This document shows positions 25,552 through 33,219 of a stretch of DNA of 40,254 nt, in pieces. Each line of letters begins with the position of its first letter. Positions within the stretch are counted from its first letter, which is position 1. Both the position numbers and the translations under genes were made by a program. The notes beneath the pieces were generated by a model. It was given only the letters and a program-made list of their open reading frames with translations, was not told the DNA's origin and ran no database searches. Origin of the DNA: Planctomycetota bacterium (GTDB lineage: Bacteria; Planctomycetota; UBA1135); NCBI GenBank assembly GCA_022447335.1, contig JAKVCF010000002.1, positions 1-40,254 on the forward strand. Direction: 5' to 3'.

Positions 25552-26867
25552 TGCGCATTGCCGTGGTTGGCGGCGGCGTGTCTGGACTGGTAGCCGCATG
25601 GCTGCTCGCACGTGAACACGAAGTCGTGCTGTACGAGGCCGAAAATCGCATCGGCGGCCATGCGCATACTAGTGAAGTTGACTTCGGCGACGGGCCGATT
25701 GCCGTCGACACTGGATTTATTGTCTTTAATCACCGCACCTATCCGCTGTTCCGCCGTGTACTACAGGAACTTGGCGTTCCTGAAAAACTTTCCAATATGA
25801 GCTTTAGCGCGTCGATTCCTTCACGTGGGATCGAATACAACGGCGCCAGTTTCAATAAACTCTTTGCGCAACGCCGTAATCTAATTCGGCCGTCTTTCTG
25901 GCGCATGGTTCGCGGCATCCTGCGCTTTTACAAAGAGTCTCGCGAACTACTTTCTCCCGAAGCCGCAGAAGTAGCGCTTGGCGAATACCTGCAGAAGAAT
26001 CGCTATGCTCGCGAATTTGTTGATGACCACCTAGTTCCGATGGCCGCCGCCGTTTGGTCTACGGATCGTGAGCGAATGATGGACTTCCCAGCACGCTTCC
26101 TCGTGCGCTTCTTTGACCACCACGGATTTCTCGAAGTGGATAACCGCCCAGCATGGTTCACAGTCGAGGGTGGTTCGCGCGAATATGTGGCGGCTATCAG
26201 CCGCCAACTCGGAGGCGCAGTTCGGTCGGGTACCCCGGTGAAAAATATCGCGCGGTTGCCCAAACATAGTGGCAGTAGTCACAGCATGCGCGTGACCTCA
26301 AGAGAAAGTGTTGATCTGTTCGATCAAGTCGTGCTCGCAACACATAGCGATACCACGCTGCGCTTGCTTGAAGACCCAACAAAAGCTGAGGGCGAGGTGC
26401 TCAGCGCGCTTCCTTACCAAAACAATGTGGCGCAGCTTCACTCTGATGCTTCGGTTATGCCAAAAAAACGCCGCGCCTGGGCTAGCTGGAACTATCACGT
26501 CGGCCGCAACTCGAAAGCACCACCGACCATCACTTATTGGATGAACTTATTACAAGGCATCGAGTCACCCGAGCCACTCTTTGTCACACTCAACCGGCAA
26601 GAAGAAATCGACCCGGCCAAAGTACATGGCCAGTGGAACTATGCTCATCCGCTGTACACCGCGCAAACCGTCGCTGCGCAAATGCGGCGCCTAGAGATCC
26701 AAGGAGTTGACCGCATCTGGTATGCCGGCGCCTATTGGGGATATGGATTTCACGAAGACGGAGTACGTTCCGCCGTCGAAGTAGCGCGTCGTCTCGGCGT
26801 GCCTTTCGCCGAAGACTTACCTGAACGTGAGATCGATCGGTTATTAACCATGGAGGCTGTTACGTGA
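25551..26867 (+). CDS. FAD/NAD(P)-binding oxidoreductase (amine-oxidase/phytoene-desaturase-like)
   Basis: The N-terminal dinucleotide fold is MRIAVVGGGVSGLVAAWLL...YEAENRIGGH. It sits in the gene order FAD-oxidoreductase / DUF1365 / CFA synthase that I recall as conserved across many bacteria. Confidence 0.8.
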   Translation: MRIAVVGGGVSGLVAAWLLAREHEVVLYEAENRIGGHAHTSEVDFGDGPIAVDTGFIVFNHRTYPLFRRVLQELGVPEKLSNMSFSASIPSRGIEYNGASFNKLFAQRRNLIRPSFWRMVRGILRFYKESRELLSPEAAEVALGEYLQKNRYAREFVDDHLVPMAAAVWSTDRERMMDFPARFLVRFFDHHGFLEVDNRPAWFTVEGGSREYVAAISRQLGGAVRSGTPVKNIARLPKHSGSSHSMRVTSRESVDLFDQVVLATHSDTTLRLLEDPTKAEGEVLSALPYQNNVAQLHSDASVMPKKRRAWASWNYHVGRNSKAPPTITYWMNLLQGIESPEPLFVTLNRQEEIDPAKVHGQWNYAHPLYTAQTVAAQMRRLEIQGVDRIWYAGAYWGYGFHEDGVRSAVEVARRLGVPFAEDLPEREIDRLLTMEAVT

Positions 26868-27676
26868 TGCAGGGCATCCCTGGTTGCTCGATCTACTACG
26901 GACGCGTGCGACACCGGCGATACACGCCGCGAATCCACTCCTTCTCCTACAGCCTTTTCTTAGTCGGGATCGACTTAGACCGGGCCGAAGAAGCGATGGG
27001 GGTAAGCAAACTGTTGGGCTATGAACGCTTTGCTCACTCAAGCTTCCGCCGCACTGACTACTACGGCGATCCTTCTGTAGCACTCGGCACCGCAGTGCGT
27101 AATCGCGTTGAAGCCGAATCCGGCTTCCGCCCAACGGGGCCGATTGAACTGGTCACACAGCTGCGCACCTTTGGCTACTCATTCAACCCGGTCAGCTTCT
27201 ACTACTGCTGGACGCCGGATCGCAGCCAACTACAGGCCATCCTCGTAGAGATTACCAATACCCCATGGGGGGAGCGCCACTCATACGTACTGCCCTGGCA
27301 GGCCTTAAAGGAAAAGGGCTTAAACACGCTCAGGCGCCGCAGTCAGCGCTGGGCCTTCCGCAAAGATTTTCATATCTCTCCTTTCAGCCCAATGGAGATC
27401 GAGCATGACTGGCGTTTCGCCCAACCGGGACAACGCCTTAGCGTGCACATGATCAATCGCGCATTGAACCGTAGCGCAGAGTTCGATGCCACACTGCTAC
27501 TTAAGCGTCACCCTTTCACGCGCCGTGAAGTGCGGCGAGCCCTGTTGCGCCACCCATTCCTGCCCGGGAAGTCCTTGTTCGGAATTTACTGGCAAGCGCT
27601 AAAACTATTCTTGAAGCGCGCACCCTTCCACGCGCACCCCGCTAAGCGATCCACCAAATCCGCCGAAAGTTCATGA
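26864..27676 (+). CDS. DUF1365 family protein
   Basis: It has the YYGRVRHRRYTPRIHSFSYSLFLVGIDLD N-terminal signature. The start is GTG at 26864 or ATG at 26867, and both overlap the upstream TGA. It has an ATGA overlap with the next gene. Confidence 0.75.
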   Translation: MMQGIPGCSIYYGRVRHRRYTPRIHSFSYSLFLVGIDLDRAEEAMGVSKLLGYERFAHSSFRRTDYYGDPSVALGTAVRNRVEAESGFRPTGPIELVTQLRTFGYSFNPVSFYYCWTPDRSQLQAILVEITNTPWGERHSYVLPWQALKEKGLNTLRRRSQRWAFRKDFHISPFSPMEIEHDWRFAQPGQRLSVHMINRALNRSAEFDATLLLKRHPFTRREVRRALLRHPFLPGKSLFGIYWQALKLFLKRAPFHAHPAKRSTKSAESS

Positions 27677-28962
27677 GTCAACCCCGCACTATTTCTGCTC
27701 CGGCACCTCGTGATGTCGCCGCTACCCACCCAGGCTGGCTGACACGCGTAGCGGGCAACGCCCTTTCAAAGGTCGGGCGGAAAGGCCTACTTACTCGACT
27801 GGAAAAGCTGCATTTTGGCGAGCTGACAATCGAAGAAGGTGGTCAAAAGCACCGCTTTGGGGCCCCCACAAACGACGGCCTAGCCGCAACGTTAAGTGTT
27901 CATGATTCGCGATTCTGGACTGAGCTTCTGGCTAGTGGAACCGTTGGCGCAGGCGAAGCCTATCGCCAAGGTTGGTGGGCAGCGGAAGATCTAACTCAAG
28001 TTGTTCGCATTCTTGTGCGCAACCGTGCGGTCATGGAAGACGTGGAAGGCGGCTTAGCAGCATTGGCTGCACCCCTGCGCAAGATGGCTCACTGGGCTAA
28101 CCGGAATACTATTGAGGGGAGTCGCAAGAATATCGAAGCTCACTACGACCTCTCAAATGACTTCTTCTCATTGATCCTCGATCCGACAATGACGTACTCG
28201 TGCGGGATTTATCTATCAAAAGATGCCTCGCTCGAAAGCGCCTCGATAGAGAAGATCGATCGCCTGTGCCGAAAGCTTGAGTTAAAGCCTGGTATGCGCC
28301 TACTCGAAATTGGCACCGGATGGGGTGCACTGGCAATTCATGCGGCTAAGAACTATGGAGTACGAGTCACGACCACGACTATCTCCGATCGCCAGGCTGA
28401 ATGGGCGGAACGCCGCATCACTGAAGAAGGGCTGGGTGATCAGGTCACCCTGCTGCGCAAGGACTATCGTAAGCTCGAAGGCAAGTTCGACAGAATTGTT
28501 TCGGTCGAGATGATTGAGGCCATCGGATGGCAGTATTTCGACTCGTACTTTGAAGTCATTGGCAAGCGCCTAGAAGACGACGGCCTAGCCGCCATTCAGG
28601 CCATTACGATTGCCGACCAGCATTACGAGAGCGCCCGCGCCTCCGTAGACTTTATTCAGAAGTACATCTTCCCAGGCTGTTGCATTCCATCGATCAGCGC
28701 GCTCTTAGAGTCTGCGACTCAGTCAAGCGACCTAAAGCTAATTGGGCTCGAAGACATTACGCCGCACTATGTGCGCACTCTGGCCGAATGGCGCAAGAAT
28801 ATGTTCGATAACCAAGAGCAAGTTCGAGCCCTTGGTTTAGACGACAAGTTCATCCGTACCTGGGACTACTACTTCAGCTATTGCGAAGGGGGCTTTGCGG
28901 AAAGCCAGCTCGGCGACGTCCAGATGCTCTTTGGTAAGCCACGCTACCAGGTCCCAGCGTGA
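27673..28962 (+). CDS. cyclopropane-fatty-acyl-phospholipid synthase family methyltransferase (long form)
   Basis: It carries HYDLSNDFFSLILDPTMTYSCGIY, LLEIGTGWGALAIHAA and SVEMIEAIG. Its stop overlaps the GTG start of the next gene (GTGA). Confidence 0.85.
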   Translation: MSQPRTISAPAPRDVAATHPGWLTRVAGNALSKVGRKGLLTRLEKLHFGELTIEEGGQKHRFGAPTNDGLAATLSVHDSRFWTELLASGTVGAGEAYRQGWWAAEDLTQVVRILVRNRAVMEDVEGGLAALAAPLRKMAHWANRNTIEGSRKNIEAHYDLSNDFFSLILDPTMTYSCGIYLSKDASLESASIEKIDRLCRKLELKPGMRLLEIGTGWGALAIHAAKNYGVRVTTTTISDRQAEWAERRITEEGLGDQVTLLRKDYRKLEGKFDRIVSVEMIEAIGWQYFDSYFEVIGKRLEDDGLAAIQAITIADQHYESARASVDFIQKYIFPGCCIPSISALLESATQSSDLKLIGLEDITPHYVRTLAEWRKNMFDNQEQVRALGLDDKFIRTWDYYFSYCEGGFAESQLGDVQMLFGKPRYQVPA

Positions 28963-29486
28963 ACCTCCTGGCTCTATTCTTAGTTTTCCAGGGGGCCTGG
29001 TTCGCGATCGTATATAGCGGCGCACAAGGAAACTCGGTCTGGGCGATAGCAGCAACGGCAATGGCACTTGGGCTGCTGATACGCATGTACTCAGCCCGTG
29101 GCGTACTGCTCCGCGCGACAATCGGCGCCTCCTGCGGCATTGTGCTCGACGGCACACTAATTTATTTCGACCTGACCACCTTCCCAGCGACTTGCGGGCT
29201 ACCTTTTGGCGAGGATGTCCTACCGCTCTGGATGCTCTGCCTCTGGTCGATCTTCGCAGCAATCCTGCCCTATATGGTTCCCTGGCTCGAAGGCCGACGC
29301 GCACTCGGCGTCGTCTTCGGGGCAGCCGGAGGGCCTATCGCTTACTTCTCGGCTGAAAAGTTGGGCGCCATCGAAGTCGCTGGCCTACTAGGCTACAGCG
29401 CAGTAGGCATAGCCTGGTCTGCTGCAATGGCAGTACTACCACTCGCCGAGCACAAGCCGAAAGCCTCTGGATCCTTGCGGCAGTAA
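28959..29486 (+). CDS. small polytopic membrane protein (DUF2878-like)
   Basis: This hydrophobic 175-aa ORF has a GTG start overlapping the upstream stop. The family assignment comes from its position in the cluster and its N-terminal FQGAWFAIVYSG pattern, and needs an HMM check. Confidence 0.55.
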   Translation: MNLLALFLVFQGAWFAIVYSGAQGNSVWAIAATAMALGLLIRMYSARGVLLRATIGASCGIVLDGTLIYFDLTTFPATCGLPFGEDVLPLWMLCLWSIFAAILPYMVPWLEGRRALGVVFGAAGGPIAYFSAEKLGAIEVAGLLGYSAVGIAWSAAMAVLPLAEHKPKASGSLRQ

Positions 29487-29517
29487 AGCTGCCAGGATCT
29501 ACAAATAGCTCGAGCGA

Positions 29518-29952
29518 CTACCGGCGTGAAGCTGGCAATACTGGTACAGGGCGCCGGTTTTCATCGACAGCGACATAAGTAACCTCTGCTTCGGTAACAC
29601 GAATCTCTTCACCATCTGAATCATCTTTACGCTGCACCTTAACGAGCACCTTCACTTGGACCGAAGTTCTACCTACCTTGCAAACTTGTGCGTAGAAGGA
29701 ACAAAGGTCTCCCACGAATACAGGCTCGTGGAAAACAATCTCGTTCATCGCCACCGTCACGAAGCGACGAGCTGGATTGAGCTTGCGAACTGGGACAACT
29801 CCCGCCAAGTCGATGTGCGCAAGAATAACGCCACCGAAGATCGTGCCCTGCGCATTGGTATCACGCGGCAGCAAGATCGTACGCAAGGCAAGCTCTGTCG
29901 GATAGTCGCAATCGTCGCCGCAAAGTTCAGAGCTATCGTGTATTCCAGTCAT
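29518..29952 (-). CDS. acyl-CoA thioesterase (hotdog fold, YciA-like)
   Basis: It has LLPRDTNAQGTIFGGVILAHIDLAG. I chose the start at the ATG at 29952, 7 nt after the upstream gene stop. Confidence 0.8.
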   Translation of the reverse strand: MTGIHDSSELCGDDCDYPTELALRTILLPRDTNAQGTIFGGVILAHIDLAGVVPVRKLNPARRFVTVAMNEIVFHEPVFVGDLCSFYAQVCKVGRTSVQVKVLVKVQRKDDSDGEEIRVTEAEVTYVAVDENRRPVPVLPASRR

Positions 29953-29959
29953 AATTTTC

Positions 29960-30715
29960 TCAGTTGATGTCTTCGCGGATTTGCAGATTACGGAACTCAA
30001 TCAGTGCGCCCTCGGCTTCTAGTGCCAGATAACCCGTGCTGGGCTTGCACATGAATCCGCGGTTTACTAGTACGCCATTAACCCAAAGGGTCACTTGACC
30101 GTCAACAGCGCGTAAAGCATAAGTATTCCATTCGCCCGCAGGGCGCACCACGCGCCCACTTGGAAAACTCCGCGAGCTGTTCGGATTTCCCACTTTGTAC
30201 TCACTGCCATCCTCGGCTTGGTACACAATTTCTGGATTCTCCGCCTCCATGCTCGCTTCGCCAACTGGGAAGATGTCGCCGTGCGAAGTGAACCAGTTTG
30301 ATGGCGCCCCACGATCCTTGATCCAGTTTTCCTCGTAGCCGAGGTCGAGTACCTGAATCTCGATACCCGTGCGCGGCAGTTGACCTGGTGGTAAATCAGT
30401 AAAGGCCGACTCAGGGCACCAAAGGAAAATGCCTGAGTTTCCTGCGTAGTCATGATGCTTCCACTCAACGGTTAACTCAAAATCGGAGTACTCCTTTCTT
30501 GAGCGCGCGCCCCCCATCGGCTTCCCAGTGCAGATGATGGAGTTACCTTCTTGGCGCCACGTCGTCCCGTCACCATTGACGTTGACGAAGTCTTCAAGCG
30601 TAAGATCAACCCAACCACCGCCAGCGAACTCTTTCGGAATCCCCGGGTACGGCACCGCGCAGGACGATGCGAGCACCAAAAGCAAAGCAAGTCTCAATAG
30701 AACGGGGAAAAGCAT
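29960..30715 (-). CDS. DUF1080 (3-keto-disaccharide hydrolase-like) lipoprotein
   Basis: It has a lipobox (LVLASSC). The segments TWRQEGNSIICTG...YSDFELTVEWKH...NSGIF and LEAEGALIEFRNLQI are typical of DUF1080. Confidence 0.75.
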   Translation of the reverse strand: MLFPVLLRLALLLVLASSCAVPYPGIPKEFAGGGWVDLTLEDFVNVNGDGTTWRQEGNSIICTGKPMGGARSRKEYSDFELTVEWKHHDYAGNSGIFLWCPESAFTDLPPGQLPRTGIEIQVLDLGYEENWIKDRGAPSNWFTSHGDIFPVGEASMEAENPEIVYQAEDGSEYKVGNPNSSRSFPSGRVVRPAGEWNTYALRAVDGQVTLWVNGVLVNRGFMCKPSTGYLALEAEGALIEFRNLQIREDIN

Positions 30716-30739
30716 CGGAGAAAGTGTACTTGAGTCTTC

Positions 30740-31399
30740 TTAAGGTTGAGTAATCCAGCTTTCGAGTTGACGCTGGGTCCAGCTGCTGACTTCGTCGAGC
30801 TGGCCCTGGAAAAAGTGCGTCCCCCCCTCGATTACATGTAGAGCGCCGCCATGCTGTTTGACTCGATTCATACTCGCCAGATTGACGTACTCATCTGCGC
30901 TGCCCATTAAAAAGCTGTTACGCTCTGGCCAAATCTCGCCTTGGGGCCAAGCGTAGAAATTAGTCGGCCAAGCAACGCCCATATAGCCCGCCGGCTCGCG
31001 CCCAGCCGCCGTCTCACGGATCGAGAAATCGAGGCCCACGCGCGATCCAAAAGAGAATCCCCAGACAAAGGCTGGAACATCCGGAAGTTGCTCGCGCATC
31101 CAGGCGTAGGCGGCCGCAGCATCATCGACCTCTCCCTCGCCTTCGTCGTAGCGGCCTTCGGACTGTCCCACCCCGCGAAAATCAACTCGGAGCGCGGCAC
31201 AACCAGCCGCCAATGAGCCCAGCGCGCCATGGCGCACTACATTGCTCTGACGCGAACCGCCATGCAAAGGGTGCGGGTGCAAATGGAGCACTGCCGCTTT
31301 GGGCTCCGTGTATGGCCGCTCAAAAGTCGCATGCAGCCGCCCCGCCAAACCATCCAGGAACAACCGGCGAGGCGGCTGGGTATCGAGATCGCGCACCAT
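30740..31399 (-). CDS. alpha/beta hydrolase
   Basis: It has LHLHPHPLHGGSRQSNVV, FRGVGQSEG and the nucleophile-elbow-like GFSFGS. Confidence 0.7.
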   Translation of the reverse strand: MVRDLDTQPPRRLFLDGLAGRLHATFERPYTEPKAAVLHLHPHPLHGGSRQSNVVRHGALGSLAAGCAALRVDFRGVGQSEGRYDEGEGEVDDAAAAYAWMREQLPDVPAFVWGFSFGSRVGLDFSIRETAAGREPAGYMGVAWPTNFYAWPQGEIWPERNSFLMGSADEYVNLASMNRVKQHGGALHVIEGGTHFFQGQLDEVSSWTQRQLESWITQP

Positions 31400-31457
31400 T
31401 TTTCTGATCTTTGCCCTTGCAGAGGGCTAGCCCAAGCCTGCTATTGTCGCATATACC

Positions 31458-31946
31458 GTGGAACTTGTCGCGACCCTCCTGACGGACGTCCCTCTCGACT
31501 CTCGGAGCTTTCGCGGATTACTACTCGACCTCAGTGAGTCGAGTCTCGCTGGGGCCATTGCGCCTGACGGGCTGATAGCCATCCACGCCTACGGCAACGC
31601 CGATTACGATGACTCGGTGCGTGATGTACGCGTGCGGGCGCGCCCAGCAAACACCGCACCACGCTCAGCAATGGTCGAACTGGCTAAACACAGCTTTCGC
31701 CCGGTCACTGCAATTTCAATTGAGACTTGGGGCGACGCGCCAAGCCGTGAAGACGCCTGGATTCTCTGTTCGCTTTATGCAGACCACCTACAGGGATGGG
31801 TCCTAACTAGTTATCTCGACTTCGACACCGCTGTCGAATACCAGGGCGGTGATGAGCACGGCCTACTACATGTACCGATCGGTGGCCGCCGCCGCAGCGT
31901 ACTCATCTCTGCGTCAACAATGCGTCAACTAGCTGGTGCACGCTAA
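31458..31946 (+). CDS. hypothetical protein (no recognisable motif)
   Basis: This 162-aa ORF has a GTG start, coding-like composition and no signal peptide. It is divergent from the hydrolase operon. Confidence 0.4.
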   Translation: MELVATLLTDVPLDSRSFRGLLLDLSESSLAGAIAPDGLIAIHAYGNADYDDSVRDVRVRARPANTAPRSAMVELAKHSFRPVTAISIETWGDAPSREDAWILCSLYADHLQGWVLTSYLDFDTAVEYQGGDEHGLLHVPIGGRRRSVLISASTMRQLAGAR

Positions 31947-31955
31947 ACCACAAGG

Positions 31956-33215
31956 CTAGTACATACCTGAAATCTTCTTTGGCTTGTAATCAGGGAAAAA
32001 GCCCTTCGGGGCTTTGAAGTCGAAGGTGCCGTCGAGCACAGTGTGAAAGACATCACGGAAGTCTGTCGTAACTTGTAGGTCACGGCCCTGATAGAGCTGT
32101 GCGGCCTTCAAGCCCTGCCAATCGCCATATACCTTGCCCCCCTTCACGCCACCGCCAAGCACAAACATGCCACCACCGTGGCCGTGGTCCGTGCCGCGGT
32201 TGCCATTCTCACGGACAGTTCGGCCAAATTCGGTCATGACAATAATGGTTGTCGTATCGAGCTTTGAGCCAAGATCGAAGCAGAAGGCCGCGAGCGAATC
32301 ACTCAAATCTTTTAGGCGCGTAGCGTGACGCCCTTCGGCGCCCCCCTGGTTCGCGTGATCGTCCCAACCACCGTAATCAAGCCCGGCAACCTCCAGGCCT
32401 TCCCCGGCCTTGAGCACCTTGGCCATTGCAGCAAGGCGCTGCGAGAAGCGGCCGTCCGGGTATTTGACATCAGTTTTACCTTTGGCCAGGATCTCCTGAT
32501 AGCGGCGCAGCGTTTCGATAGTCACACGGCCACTTTCGACGATGCCCGCGCCATCTTCAGGGCGCTCCATTTCACCTGACATCTGCCCAGGCATTTTTCC
32601 TGCAACTGGGCCGTCCCCGTAAAACTCTTCGAAGCGGTTGAGCGTCTTTGCACCCTTATTCCGGTCCATGCCACTGGGAACGGCTAGCACTGGAAACTCC
32701 CCCCGCAGCGAGCGTGGGAGCAGTTCTTGCATAGCCATGCCGCGGAATTCGCTGGCATCTTTAACTTGTGACTCTTGCAGGTAGCGATTCAGCCAACCCG
32801 AGCGGACCGTACGATTACCCGGCGCAGCGAACTCCATAAAATCTTGCGCGTCAAAATGGCTGCGCGTGGTGTGCGGAGACCCCACGGCGACAATCGGCGC
32901 AAGTTGCTTCTCTTTCCAGAAAGGTTCAAGCGACTGAAAAGCGGGGTGCAACCCCCAATCACGATTGAGTTGCACTAAGCCATCTTCGTCATTCATCGCT
33001 AGAGTCGGACGGACTGCAAGGTACTCATCGTCATCGCGCGGCACGATCATGTTCAGCCAGTCCGCTCCTCCGCGTAGATAAATGCACACAATCGAACGCG
33101 GGCCCTTGGGCCTGCGGCCCATTGCAAACAGCGCGCGCTCAAAAGGGTTGACGGTGGCAATCAGTCCGGCTGCAGTAGCGGACTTCAAAAAATCGCGACG
33201 GTTAGAAATCGTCAT
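31956..33215 (-). CDS. DUF1501 family protein (sulfatase-fold), Tat signal
   Basis: The Tat signal is MTISNRRDFLKSATAAGL and the C-terminal motif is TEFGRTVRENGNRGTDHGHGG. I chose the start at the ATG at 33215, 4 nt after the DUF1800 stop. Confidence 0.8.
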   Translation of the reverse strand: MTISNRRDFLKSATAAGLIATVNPFERALFAMGRRPKGPRSIVCIYLRGGADWLNMIVPRDDDEYLAVRPTLAMNDEDGLVQLNRDWGLHPAFQSLEPFWKEKQLAPIVAVGSPHTTRSHFDAQDFMEFAAPGNRTVRSGWLNRYLQESQVKDASEFRGMAMQELLPRSLRGEFPVLAVPSGMDRNKGAKTLNRFEEFYGDGPVAGKMPGQMSGEMERPEDGAGIVESGRVTIETLRRYQEILAKGKTDVKYPDGRFSQRLAAMAKVLKAGEGLEVAGLDYGGWDDHANQGGAEGRHATRLKDLSDSLAAFCFDLGSKLDTTTIIVMTEFGRTVRENGNRGTDHGHGGGMFVLGGGVKGGKVYGDWQGLKAAQLYQGRDLQVTTDFRDVFHTVLDGTFDFKAPKGFFPDYKPKKISGMY

Positions 33216-33219
33216 AGGT

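Noticed and set aside
29487-29517. Palindrome GCTCGAGC between the lipid operon and the thioesterase gene
   Set aside because: An 8-bp self-complementary site with no loop cannot form a terminator hairpin. It is probably a chance restriction-site-like palindrome.
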